The translations under genes and the position numbers were made by a program. The notes under the pieces were generated by a model. That model was not told the DNA's origin, made no database searches, and saw nothing but the letters and a program-made list of their open reading frames with translations. This document shows positions 1 through 13,600 of a DNA stretch of 64,000 nt, one piece after another; positions within the stretch are counted from its first letter, which is position 1, and each line of letters begins with the position of its first letter. The stretch covers positions 2,480,001 to 2,544,000 of the forward strand of contig JBHGNT010000012.1 of NCBI GenBank assembly GCA_043228905.1, given 5' to 3'. The DNA is from Azolla caroliniana. Its lineage: Eukaryota; Plantae; Polypodiophyta.

Positions 1-14
1 AAACGACACAGAAA

Positions 15-3000
15 ATGGACGATTCATTGGGAGGCATGTTCAAGCTCACCGGCTCCAACTATTCGGTGTGGAAGTCGAAGATGAGGGACATGCTCGTGGT
101 TGAAGACCTCTGGCTACCGGTTCAGTTCGGGGACAAGAGACCGGACAAAATCGACGCCGCGATATGGGAGGTGATGCACATGAAGACAACGGCGTACATA
201 CGGTGCTTCATCGACATGAGCCTGTAAAACAACTTCAATGAAGAGAGCAAGGCTCATGAGCTCTGGGAGAAGATCGGCATTATGTTTCAAAACAAAAATG
301 TTGTTAATCAGGTTTCGGTATTCTGGAAGCTAGTAAGACTCTGGTACCAAGATGGCTCTAGCATGGCGGAGCACATGAATGCCTTCCAGGGGCTAATCCA
401 CCAGGCAACATCATTGGAGGTACCTCTCGCCGATGAGGTACTAGCACTACTCCTGCTCGGTTCCCTCCCAGATAGCTGGGAGACGTTGGTTGTCACCTTG
501 GGCAACGCCAGGCCGGAAGGGAAATGGTTATCCCTAGCAAGAGTAAAGTCGAGCTTGCTAGATGAGGAGGCGCGTCGGAAAGATAAAGATACGAGCTCCG
601 ACTCCAAAGCGCTCCTTACCGAATCGGAACGTGGAAGACAAAGAAACCATAATCCCTAGAACCGGGAAAAGTCGGGGACACGGTCAAAGTCAAGGGGGAG
701 ACCTACTTGCTTCTATTGCGGCAAGCCGGGACACTTCTAGAAGAACTGTCGGCATTTCCGAAAGGACAAGGAAACCGACGGTACCGATTCGAAGCGGATA
801 CCGGACCGGAACGGTAAAGACCGGAGGGGAATGGACCGGAAGGGGACGACGGCAATCGCGGCAAGTGAAGAAGAGTTGATGCTCATCACTGAGGAGAGTG
901 AGATAAACCTTGCCGGCGACGAGATGACCTGGGTGGTCGACTCCGGAGCGTTGTTCCACCTTACCCCGGACTGGAAATGCTTCTCATCCTACTCAGCCGT
1001 TGATCACGGCTGTGTCCGGATGGGGAATGAAGGTACATGCCGAATTGTCGGCATAGGAGAAGTATGGCTGTCAACACCAACCAGATGCAAGATGCTGCTG
1101 AAGGATGTTCGACACGTTCCGGAGGTTCGTCTGAACCTGATATCAGCCGGTCGGCTAGATGATGAAGGCTACACGGGTAGCATCCGGAACGGTGTTATGA
1201 AGTTCAGCAAAGGGAGCCTGATTGTGGCTTGGGCCCGGAAGGTAAACACGTTGTACCTGATGAATGCCCGGTTATGTCCGGAGGAAGTGAACGTGGTATC
1301 CGACACTGCCGGTGAGTTGTGGCACAAAAGGCTGTGTCACATGAGCGAGAAGGGGATGAAGAGGCTTGCAGACAACAACCTCATTCCAGTGAAGAACGTG
1401 CACTTGGAGAAGTGTATTGATTGTCTGGCCGGTAAACAAAACCGGACCTCCTTTCGACCAAGGCCACCGATGAGACGTAATGCACCACTGGAGTTGGTGC
1501 ATACTGATGTGTGTCAAGTGGACACGAAGTCACATGCAGGATCTTAGTACTTCGTGACATTCATAGATGACCACAGCCGGAAGCTGTGGGCCACACCGTT
1601 GAAGACGAAGGATCAGGTGTTATCCGTCTTCAAAGAGCTCCACGCGAGAGTGGAAAGAGAAACCGGCCGGAAGCTGAAGGCGGTTCGAGCAGATAACGGA
1701 GGTGAATACCAGGGGCAGTTCGAGGAGTATTGTCGCTCGAAGGGAATCCGGCTCGAATTTACCGTGCCGAAGACGTCGGAACTAAACGGGCTGGCCGAAA
1801 GGATGAACCGGACCATAATGGAGAGGGTCCGGAGTATGCTAGCGCATGCAAAACTACCCAAGAAGTTTTGGGCTGAGGCACTGTTGACGGCGACATATGT
1901 GATAAACAGATCACCCTCAGTACCCTTGGACGGAGACACGCCACAGAGAGTCTGGACCGGTAAGGAAGTGTCCTACCGGCATTTGAAGGTATTCGGGTGT
2001 CTCGCGTACGTGCATGTAGCTAAGGATCGGAGAGGAAAGTTGGATCCAAAGACCCGGCCATGCATATTCCTCGGTTACGGCGACGATGAGTTTGGCTACC
2101 GAGTGTGGGACCTGGTCGACAAGAAGGTATTCCGGAGTCGAGATATTATCTTCATGGAGAACAAGACGCTCGCCGACTGGGAGTCGGGGAAGAAGATAAT
2201 GAACTCCGAGTCGACCGGTAATGATCGATTCTACGATGAGCAGACCCAACCGGCAAGAGACCAGTTAGCACTTGAGGAACCAGCCGGTTACGGTGAGGAT
2301 ACCGAACCGGCAGAAGAAGAAGTAGAGGAAGCTGAAACTGGAACCGGCCAAGACCCCGAATCGGATTCGGATGAAGAGCAAATGGAGGAGCCGGTTACCG
2401 AAGCCCAAAGACGGAGATATCCTCTCAAAGAGAGAAGGGCGCCCCGGAGATTTCCGGATGTAGAGCATGTTCTGCTGACCGATGAGGGGGAGCCGGAAAG
2501 CTTCGAAGAAGCGAAGGATGACACCCACAACCGCAAATGGTTAAGTGCCATGCAGGATGAGATGGATTCCCTGCATGAGAACCATACGTACGAATTGGTG
2601 GAGTTGCCGAAAGGAAAGCGGGCACTCCGAAACAAGTGGGTGTACAAGTTGAAACCGGGAGATGCTGGCAACCCCCCGAGATACAAAGCCAGGATTGTGG
2701 TGAAGGGGTTCCAGCAGAAGAAGGGCGTGGACTTCGACGAGATATTTGCCCCGGTAGTAAAGATGACCTCCATCCGGACGGTGCTAAGTATAGCGGCAAG
2801 CATGGACCTCGAGGTAGAGCAACTAGACGTGAAGACGACATTCCTTCACAACGACCTCGAAGAGGAGATCTACATGCAGCAACCGGAAGGATTCGTGGAG
2901 AAAGGGAAGGAGCACCTGGTTTGCCGGTTGAAGAAGAGCCTCTACGGGTTGAAGCAGGCCCCTCGGCAATGGTACCAGAAGTTCGATTCCTTCATGGCCG

Positions 3001-4061
3001 ATCAAGGGTACCACAAGACGCAGGCCGATCACTGCGTGTTTGTGAAGAAGTTCGAAGGAGGCGACTTCCTGATACTCCTTCTGTATGTGGACGACATGTT
3101 GATCGTCGGACGGGACCAAGCCAAAATACGGATGTTGAAGAAGGCTCTCAACCGGACCTTCTCAATGAAAGACTTGGATCCGGCAAGACAGATGCTGGGG
3201 ATGCATATTATTCGGAACCGGTCAATGAAGCAATTATGGTTGTCAGAGGAGAAGTACGTGGCAAAGGTGCTTCAGCGGTTCAACATGTCAGATGCGAAAC
3301 CGGTCGGATCGACACTTCTGGCAAACTGCAGGCTATCCGGTAAGCAAAGCCCGAAGACGAAAACAGAGAAGGCGGATATTATGAAGATTCCATATGCCTC
3401 TACCGTCGGGAGCTTGATGTATTCAATGGTGTGTACCTGACCGGATATAGGATACGTAGTCGGAGTGGTGAGCCGGATTATGAGCAATCCCGGCAAGGAG
3501 CACTGGAACGCGGTCAAATGGATACTCCGGTATTTGAAGGACACTTCAAATATGTGTCTCCGATTCGGCTCCGAAAAACCTCAACTTGACGGTTTCACCG
3601 ATTCGGACATGTCGGTTGAGGTGGATACCAGCTGGTCTACATCCGGGTATGTAATGACATATGCAGGGGGAGCTGTTTCGTGGCAGTCGAGGCTGCAGAA
3701 GACGGTTGCATTGTCAACCACGGAGGCGGAGTACATGGCGGCTGTGGAAGCCGGCAAGGAAATATTATGGATGAAGGACTTCATCGGAGAGCTCGGTATC
3801 CGGCAAGATGAATACCGGCTCTATTGCGACAGTCAAAGTGCCATCCACCTTGCTAAGAATGCGGCCTACCATTCCCGGACGAAGCATATCCAGCGAAGGT
3901 ATCACTGGATCCGGGAAAGAGTAGATGACCAGGAGTTCGCGCTGACGAAGATCCACACGGCCGAGAACGGGTCAGATATGTTGACCAAAGTGTTGATACC
4001 TGACAAGCTAGATGCATGCCGGAAGCGGATCGGACTAGTAAGACACCCCATGCCGGAGTGA
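15..4061 (+). pseudogene. Copia gag-pol polyprotein broken by several in-frame stops
   Basis: ORF pieces 15-227, 282-659, 831-1547, 1554-3440 and 3465-4061 are in one frame, separated by stops. Highly similar to the pol ORF at 46297-49221. Confidence 0.93.
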
Positions 4062-4071
4062 AGGGGGAGTT

Positions 4072-4658
4072 TGTTGGGAGACAGGTCCCTCCAAATGGGA
4101 AGAGAGAAGAACAGTGCTGATGAACATACTCGACCGAGGCCGATAGGCCTCGGTGAGAACCGGATGAGGAGTACCCGGCTACGGAGAGCTGGATGGTGCA
4201 GACCCAGTGAGGAATGCTCACCGGATGAAGAGACATATTCGTAAATATGTTTCTGAGAGTTCATCATGGCTATATTTGTAAATAGCCGAAAAGTCATATT
4301 AGTATAAATATGACTTAGGGCAAACCTTTTGAGGTTGTTGTTGTTGTTATTCTTGTCTGCACGAGATCAGAGCGTGTAACTGTGTACAGAGAGAGAGAGA
4401 GAGAGGTTGTTGCCTCAGTTGTAACCGCCGCCTGTGGCAAAGATCGTGAGCATGAGGTCGTTGCCTCCGTGAACTCACTGTTGTACATTCAAACATAGTG
4501 ATAGTTTGCAGCCTGTGGGCTGCCGTGGTTTTTTCCCTTAGTTTGGGGTTTTCCACGTAAACATCCTATGTACACTTCTCTTCTTTGTGTCGTGCTTTTA
4601 TTTCCCGTTTTCTGTGTATGATTCTAAGCTCGGTTGTGGCCGAGCGTTGCGCATAAGG
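4072..4658 (+). repeat. 3' LTR of the first Copia element
   Basis: Starts TGTTGGG right after PPT GAAGGGGGAG (4060-4069). Shares blocks with LTR 44476-45116 (TATATTTGTAAATAGCC, TATAAATATGACTTAGGGCA, GGTTTTCCACGTAAA, CTCGGTTGTGGCCGAGC). No terminal CA is visible, so the right end is approximate. Confidence 0.8.
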
Positions 4659-4686
4659 AGCATTGTAGTTCCCGTCAAAAGGACAG

Positions 4687-7200
4687 TTAATCCTCCGTGA
4701 GGATGTGGAAGATGCCCTTCGTTGGTTCTGTTACAATCTCTAGTTCAGACCGTACATCGTTGTTTCTTTTGTCCGTTGGCTCGTTTCTCTGATCGTTCGG
4801 GGAGGTGCCTATAACTAGTTTGCTTGGTCCTTCATTTCCGTCAGTTGTTGTAATGTCCATGGCTTGCTCAGCGGCAATCCGCAACACCATCTGATCATCG
4901 TTGAATTCCTCCAGGAGCATGGAAATAGCTTTTGTGTGTCCATCGGTGAGGGCGTGGAAATCCTCCTCGAGGTCTTCTCGGATCACACTGATGCTCGTTT
5001 TGTCCATTTTGAAAAAACCTTTGCCTTCTTTTTGACGATTCTCGGCGTCCGCCCGTAAAACCTGTAATTCGGTTGCTTGAGCCGACCATTTCTTCCATCC
5101 GGCGTCGAGTGTTTCGTCGATCTTGCGATTCAATTTCTGGCATTGCTTCATAACCAACGTGTTGATTCGGTCCTCCCTTTCATCGTGTAGTGTTTGAAGA
5201 GCCAGATTATCTTGTTTAGCTTGCTCAAGTTCTAGCCATAATTGGGCCACAACTACTTCATGTGTTGTGTTCATTGATTGAACCCTGGCTTCCGTTTTGG
5301 CCGTTATCTTGTCGACTTCGTGGCTGAACTTGGCACGAGCGTCGTCTAAGGCTTGTATGTGCTTTTGTGCTCAGCCTCGCGTTCTAAGGTAGTAGCCGTT
5401 TGATGGTCAAGGAGCTCTTTGTATAGATGTGAGCGCTCCGTTTCGGATCTTTCAAACTTCTGCAAAAACATAGCTGACGTTGCCTGCATTTCTTTTGGCT
5501 CTTCTGTGACCGTCGTGATCTGTGTTGTCACTATATCTTGAAATGATGAGATCCCGGTCATGACTTTGGCATCCGCATCCCATAATTGTGCGCTTTGTTC
5601 CACGATGGCTTTCTTGAGTGCCACTTCGCATTGATCAACGGCTTTGCAAGCTTTGTCCAGCTGCTCTTTGGCCTTATCGGCGATGGCTTTGTATGTGACG
5701 ACGTCTTGTTCTAGTTTTTGAATCATTGTGGCGTCATCAGTCTTTGTTTGTGTTGTTTGGTTTGAAGAAGGGGGTGGGAGAGTGGGCACTGGTGCGAGGG
5801 GCACCGTACCGAACTTCTGCTCTAACTTGGCTCGTTGCGTTTTCGAATTCTGCTAGAGCTTTGTTGCTATTTTGGCCTGTTGACGAGCAATTTGAATGTT
5901 TGCGGCCATATCCTTCGCCACACGTGTTGCGTGGTCGAGCTCTCTGTAAGTTTCGACTAACGCCATATTGAGCTCAGGGAGCTCAATACGGGTGCGTCGT
6001 TTCTTTGTTCCCCTTTTTCTACCGCCTTTTTGGAGTTTTGGCTTGTCGTCCAAAGCGGGCTCATTATCAAGGGCCCTTTCAATTACTTGCCGCTCGGCAT
6101 GTTCTTGCGCCATTCGGTTTGCAGCAGCTACTTGTAATCTAGCCAGGAAATCAATGAGTTCGTATGTCGTGCCGTGGTGCAATAAAGCGCCTAGTTCAAA
6201 AGATTCGGCAGGCATGTCTCGCAGCATATAGACGTCGTCTACAGAAACCCTTGACGCCTAGCCCTTTTCGGTGCGGCCAAGAACGACCACGAGTGTCGTA
6301 TCTGGTGCTACCACCAGAGCTAGTGTCGCTACCGAAAGGTTAGGTCGATGCGCGTTGTCTTGGTCTGTGAGGCGGTGTTTTGTGGCATCTGGCTTAGTTG
6401 AGGATGTTTCCTCGCGCCCACGTTTCAGTTGTGGTCCTTCGGAGCGAGGTGTTGTGATCTGTGTGCTCGTGTTTTGATTAGGGCATGAAGAGGTGACCTT
6501 CGGTGTCTCCTAGACTCGTCCTCGGGGTGATATGTTATCCCCTGCGTGAGTTGTTGATCCTGCGGTGCTCTCATCCTCAGTCCACTCCTCGTGAGGCACC
6601 ATGTGGTGTCATTTAAGTTTGGGGGGCGGGGCGGGGAGCACCAATGGCTAGCGTGGAAGCTGAGGTTCGGGTGGGTAGAGCATGACGGTGTATTGTGCCA
6701 AGACCGGTAAGAAGCGTTTCCCCGATTTGAAAGAAGCGATGGTTGCTTTGATACCTTCCCCTATGATGCTGCCCCGATCGATTTCGCGCCCTTCGTGCGC
6801 GAGAATGATAACCCTACTTTTTTCTTCGGCATGTTATGCAGGTTTTGATAGATATCGACATACTCAATGAAAAAATGAGCAAGATACCCAAAGAACTCGT
6901 TGGGGCCGCCATGCGTGCGATGGGCTTTAGAAGAAAGGGAGTACTCCCCAAAATATTTTTCTAGAATATGTTGGGGAGGTGCCTCGACATCATATTCTCC
7001 ACCTCTTAGCAAGTGAAGAGCAGATTGGATGATATCATTGGTGATGGTGCCGGGGTGGATTTTTTAGGCGATGGCCTGTTCACTTGGGTGAGTGCCGGCA
7101 TCGTATATCTATAGGTATCCTGCTAGGCCATGTTGGGTGAGCCAGGTTCGTAGTTTGGTCGATACCTCAAACAGCATGGTGGAAGTTGGGGAGTTAAGCA
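4687..7200 (-). pseudogene. Degraded extra ORF region downstream of the Gypsy integrase, with coiled-coil-like segments
   Basis: Successive same-strand ORF fragments 6761-7012, 5853-6227, 5346-5804 and 4687-5274, rich in E/K/Q/A/L heptad-like sequence. No recognised domain. Confidence 0.55.
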
Positions 7201-7430
7201 GAATGGAAGGCGAAGGAGAACGGGATAGGGTTTGAGCAGAGGGATTTGGAGAGCTAGGGGATGTAAGTGCAGGAGGAGAGATGGCTTGAGAGTGTTTACG
7301 AAGATGGAAGCTTTCTTGTTGAGGTCTATTTTTGGGAGGGTTTCTTGAATCCCGAGGCAAACCTACTTGCTTTACTAACACTTTGTGTCTTAAAATAACG
7401 AGTGGTGAGGTTTTTTTTTTTTTTTCGTGA

Positions 7431-9503
7431 TTAATTGGTGGGTTGTTCCTGTAATTCGGGCGTGATGCCCTCGTGTTCGTTTGTTGTACCTACCTTAGAT
7501 TTGTCAGAATCTTGTTGGTGTTTTGTGAAAGGATTTGGTGGGGTTGGCCCGCGGTACGACTTCAATCGAAGCCCGTTGACCCACTGTGACAAGGCGTCGC
7601 CTGCTAACGTGCCGAGTTGGAATGTCCCGTGGTACATATCAATAATCCAGAAGGGACCTGTCCATTGAAATTGTAGCTTGCCCGGCATCGCTCCGAGTTT
7701 CGTTTGGAAAACTAAGACTGGTTGCCCGATTTCAAATTGCTTGTCCAGAATGCGACAACGTCTGTCGACGAAGGCTTTTCGGCGCCGCAGACCGTGCTCC
7801 AGCTGGGCCATGCTGTGAATGCGTTGTTCACCAAGTTCGAGTAATTGAGTCAGGCGCTGGTGCTCGGATTCCGATTCCGGCAGTCGATCAACAATCTGAA
7901 GTCGGAGGCTGGGGATTTGGAACTCGAGTGGCATTATTGCTTCTAATCCGAACGCGAGCCAAAAAGGCGTGGAGCCGATACTCGTCTTGAATGTCGTGCA
8001 ATATGCCCAAAGAGCGCTATGGAGCTTGTCGTCCCAGTCTGTGTGATTTTCGTTGACGATTTTCTTAAGAATGGTTTGCAAGGTTTTATTTGTTGATTTG
8101 GCAAGTCCGTTGGCTTGAGGATAGTAGGGGGTGCTTTTCTTATGGACTACGACATGATGGGAGGTTAATTCCCGTATTAAATGGTTAACGAAATGTCCGC
8201 CTTGGTCACTCACTAGCTCGATTGGGCAACCGAAGCGGCACCATAACTGTTCGTAAATAAACTTCGCGGTGGATGTTGCTGTGTTATCACGTAGGGCTTT
8301 GGCTTTGACCCACTTCGTACAATAATCAGTTGCGACCACAATGTATCTGTTGCTTGTCCGGGCCGCATGTGGTTTGAACGGTCCTACGAAATCCAGTCCC
8401 CACTTTTGGAATGATTCCAAAGGAAGGATAGGCTGATGAGGCATACAATCGCGCTCGTTTGGTTGCCCCATTCGTTGGTAGAGGTCGCATTGTTTACAAA
8501 ATTCGTGGGCGTCTCTTTTTGTGGTCGTCCACCATACTCCACTTTGCCATACTTTACAGGCCGTGGCGTCTCTTGCGTAATGCCCTCCTGCCACATCGTA
8601 ATGCGCTTCTCGGAGTACAGCATCCTTCTCAAACTGGTGAACTGTACGCCTCCAGATGTTGTCGGTTCCTTTGTGGTATAGTGTGTTCGTGTAGAGGCAA
8701 AAGTTACGGCTCCAAACTGCAAATCGTTTCTTGCCGTCTATCGAAAGGTGTTCCGGAGGAAGGCCTGTGTTGAGAAAATACGTCATGTCCGTGATCCAGG
8801 CATCCTCCGGGGGTGACTCTAGTGTTGTGTTGTTAATAGAGAATAATGCGGCGTTCGGAAAGTCACCGTATTCTTGGTCCGGTGGTTGAGGTAGTTGGCG
8901 ACCACGTGTTGTATGCCTGAACGATGTTGAATGTCGAAGTCGAATTCCTGGAGTAGTAGCATCCAACGGGCTAATCTGCCCGTTAGTGCCTACTTATTGA
9001 CTAGATACAGCAGGGCCGAGTGGTCCACGTGAAAAGTGAACTTTCGGCCGAGCAGATAATGCCGAAATTTGGAAATACTATAAATGATGTGGAACGCTTC
9101 TTTTTCGGTTGTGGAGTAGTTTTTCTTAGCATGTGATAGGCGGTGGCTAGTATAGTAGATTGGTCGACACCAGTTTGGTGGTGTTTGCTGCATCAAAATG
9201 CTACCGATTGCGATATCGGATGCATCGACGAAAACGTGGAATGGTTGTGTCCAGTCTGGAGGTTGGACGACCGGGGCGTGAGACAACATGATCTTTAAGT
9301 ATTCATACGCCATGTCTTCACGCTCGGTCCATCGGAAGGGCACCATGTGCACCGCGGTGTGTAATGGAGTGGCAAAATCGGGTAGGTATCAGAGCATACG
9401 ACTGTGCCACCGTATTTGTCCCAGGAATCTACTGAGAGCTTTAGCTGTGGTCGGGGCTAGGGCATGTAAGATGGACTGTACTTTGGCAGGATCCATTGCG
9501 ATG
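7431..9503 (-). pseudogene. Gypsy pol 3' half (RT end, RNase H, integrase)
   Basis: Begins IAMDPAKVQSI at 9503, then RNase H (FHVFVDASD) and integrase with zinc-binding H/C and DDE-type motifs. Contains stops and frameshifts. Confidence 0.92.
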
Positions 9504-10614
9504 TGTGTGTATGTATGATCCATGCATCATATATGTTCATATGTGGTATGCATCTATGTTGTGTGTTATGTTTGTGTGTGTATATGTATGTTCCATACAT
9601 CATATATGTTTGTATGTGGTATGCATGTGTGTTGTGTGTTATGTTTTTGTGTGTGTATGTATGTTCCATAAATCATATATGTTTGTATGTGGTATGCATG
9701 TGTGTTGTGTGTTGTGTGTTATGTTTGTGTGTGTGTATGTATGTATGCATGTGTATATGTGTGTTATGTTTGTGTGTGTGTGTGTGTGTGTATGTACATA
9801 TTGTGTTATGTGTGTATATGTGTATGTATGTATGTGTTATATGTGTATATAGGTATGTGTGTATGTATGTACATATTGTATTTTATTTTATTTAATTGCA
9901 TTTTGTGTGTATGTGTGTATGCATAATATGTGTATATAGGTATTGTATGGATTGTATGCATGTGTGTATAGGTATGTGTGTATTATGTACATATTGTATG
10001 TATGTGTGCATTATATGTGTATATAGGTATTGTATGGATTGTATGCATGTGTGTATAGGTATGTGTGTATTATGTACATATTGTATGTATGTGTGCATTA
10101 TATGTGTATATAGGTATTGTATGGATTGTATGCATGTGTGTATTATGTACATATTGTATTGATTTTATTTAATTGCATTTATTGTATGTATTTCATGTGT
10201 GTGTTGTGTGTTATGTTTGTGTGTGTATATGTATGTTCCATACAACATATATATGTGTCCATATGTGTATGTATATTCTACATGTGTGTGTGTGTGTGTG
10301 TGTGTTTATGTATGTATGTGTGCACATATTGTATTGTATGTATGTGTTATATGTGTAAATGTGTATGTATGTAAGTGTATATATGTGTATATAGCTATGT
10401 GTGTATGTATGTTCCATACAACATATATGTGTGTACATGTGTGTATGTATATTCTACACATGTGTGTGTGTGTGTTTATGTATGTATTGTTTGTATTCCA
10501 TGTGTATGTATGTATGTGTGTACATATTGTATTTATGTATGTGTATATAGGTATGTGTGTATATATGTACATATTGTATTGTAATGTATTAATTTCGTTT
10601 ATTGTATGTATGGC

Positions 10615-10695
<81 letters not shown>

Positions 10696-13600
10696 CATGT
10701 GTGTGTATGTGGCTAAGAATTTATGTGTTGGTTTATGTTTGTATTTATGTGTACCTGTAAAATATTTGTAGAGTAGTTGTGGCAGCCCCAACAGAGAATA
10801 ATGGTGAGCAAAAACGGCACGACAAGGCGAGCGGTGGCGGCGGCAAAACGTGGACAAAAAGAAGGGGAGAAGAAGCAATCGCAAAAATGAGTAGAGAAGA
10901 GGAGGGAGCAAAGGAGGAGGCGGCAAATATCTAAATAAAAAAACATGAATGTTTGAATGTATGTTTAGTATGAATGTATGTTATGTATGTATGTGCATTT
11001 AATGTATGCATGCATGCATGAATGAATATATATATATATATATATATATATCTATATATATATATATATATATCTATATATATATATATCTATATATATA
11101 TATATCTATATATATATATATATCTATATATATATATATAATGTATGCTTCAATGAATAAACATGAATGTACATATGTAATATGTAATGTATGTATATTT
11201 GTATGTGTGTGTGTGTGTGGATATTTGTTTGTAATATGTATGTATGTGTATGTACATGTAGCAATGTATAAAAGATTGTATGTATGTGTATGCATATATG
11301 CATATGCAAATGTACATGATTCAATGTGCATGGATGTGTGATTGTAATATGTGCATAATATCTATGTATATATATGTGTATGTATATGTAGCAATGTATA
11401 AATGAATATATGTATGTCCATGTACGAATGTACATATGTGTATGCATATATCCATATGTAATGTGTGTGTATGTATAGAAGACTATATGTAGGTGTGTAT
11501 ATATATATATATACGTATGTGTGTGTATATCTAATATATGTATGTATGTACGTATGTGTATGTCCATGTACAAATGTATATATGTGTACGCATATATGCA
11601 TATGTCATGTATGTATGTATGTGTATGCATATATGCATATGCAAATGTACATTATTCAATGTGTATTGATGTGTGATTGTAATATATGCATAATATCTAT
11701 GTAAATATCTGATGTATATATGTGTATGTATGTGTAGCAATGTATAAATGAAGATATGTATGTCCATATACGAATGTACATATGTGTATGCATATATCCA
11801 TATCTAATGTATGTATGTATGTATGTATGTGTATGCATATATCCATATGACAATGTACATGATTCAATGTGTATGGATGTGTGATTGTAATATTTATGTA
11901 TATGTAGACAGTAGCAATATATAAATGAATATAGGTATGTCCATGTATGAATGTACATATGTGTATGCATATATATGACAATGTACATGTTTCAATGTAT
12001 ATGAATGTGATTGTAATATATGCATATGCAACGTACGTATGTACATGCATGAATGTACATGTATGCATGTACATATGTATATATATGTAATATGCAATGC
12101 ATGTATGTTTGTATGTGTAATAGTGTACTATGCATACATGAGTGTGTTCATAAAATTTATGTATGTGTAAGTATACATGTATGTATTGTAGTTTGTGATG
12201 AAATGTATGTATGTATGTGTATGTAACATATTTATGTGTATGCATGTATGTAATGTATGTATATATGTGTATGAATGTATGTTTGTAAAACTTTTAACAT
12301 TGTAGGCATATGTACATATATATATGGTGATATGTGGAATATGTATGTATGTGTATGCATATATGTATATGTCAATATACATGATTTAATGAGTATGAAT
12401 ATGTTTGTAATATGTGCATATATATCTAATGTATGTATGTATGTGTGTGTATGTGGTCATATATATGTAAATGTATGAATGTATGTACATGTATATATGT
12501 AATGTATTTATGTATGTATATTTTTGGTACATATGCATATGGCTCGTATATGGATGTATGTTTGTAATATGTACGTAATATGTATGTATATATCCAATGT
12601 ATGTGTGTAAGTATACATATATCTAATGTGTGTGTGTGTGTGTGTATGTAAGTATCGTGGTTTGTATGGTCTAGTATGATCTATACATATGGTGATATGT
12701 AGAATATGTATGTACATATGTAATATATCTATGTATGTATATATGTAATTTATGCATGTGTAAATTTGTATATTGTGTAATAGGTATGGATTATGTGCTA
12801 TGTAATATCTAATTTATTTATGTGTAAGTATCCATATACATATCCAATGTGTGTGTAAGTATACATATATCTAATGTGTGTGTGTGTGTGTGTGTGTGTG
12901 TAGTATGTATATATATAAGTATTGTGATTTGTATGGTCCAATATAATCTATACATATATATATATATATATGGTGATATGTGGAATATGTATGTACATAC
13001 GTAATATGTATATCCATAGATTGAGCCATGCGTGAAATTCGTGGTATTCGACATCCGTAGTATTCGTAAAATTCGAGAATACAAAATGACCCCAAGAATA
13101 TTACAGAACCATTCGTTTATTTATTTATTATTAAAAAAATATTTTTACATCTATTATATAAAAATATTACTAGTCTAAGGTCCCCTTGACAAGATAGTAA
13201 AAAATGGGGAATTAATGAGCCTTTTATTTATTTATTAAAAATAAAACAAATACTTTTAAGTTTTTCTAAGAATATTATTAGTTTGAGGTATGCTTTTTAA
13301 TGTGAGATAAAAATATGAAATTTTATGAGACTCTTTTATTTATTCGATTTATTTTACATATATTTCATTTATTTTTCGTTTCATTAAAAAATATTACACA
13401 TTTAAGTTTTATATGTATTATAAAAATATTATTACTGTGAATTCTACTTTCTCATGTGAGATAAAAATACAAAAATTGGGAACCTTTTATTTATTTACAT
13501 ATTATATTAATATTTATTTATTTATATATTTATTGTTTTATTAAAAAATAAAACAAATACATGTAAGTTTTATAGATGTATATTATAAAAATATTATTAG

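Larger units (their letters stand above)
1..4658 (+). mobile_element. Ty1/Copia LTR retrotransposon (Tnt1/Tork-like); 5' LTR and PBS lie left of the window
   Basis: Copia domain order: gag (15-~830, CFYCGKPGH zinc knuckle), protease (WVVDSGA), GAG-pre-integrase (LWHKRLCH), integrase (VHTDV, ADNGGEY, NGLAERMNRT), RT (YKARIVVKG, LLLYVDDM), RNase H (ALSTTEAEY, RTKHI). PPT and 3' LTR follow. Confidence 0.95.

Noticed and set aside
1613-3956. Antisense and alternate-frame ORFs over Copia pol (also 46335-48944)
   Set aside because: Shadow ORFs expected in GC-rich coding DNA, with no independent motifs.
9457-13095. Many C/V/Y/M- or H/T/I-rich ORFs
   Set aside because: Translation artefacts of (TG)n/(TATG)n low-complexity DNA.
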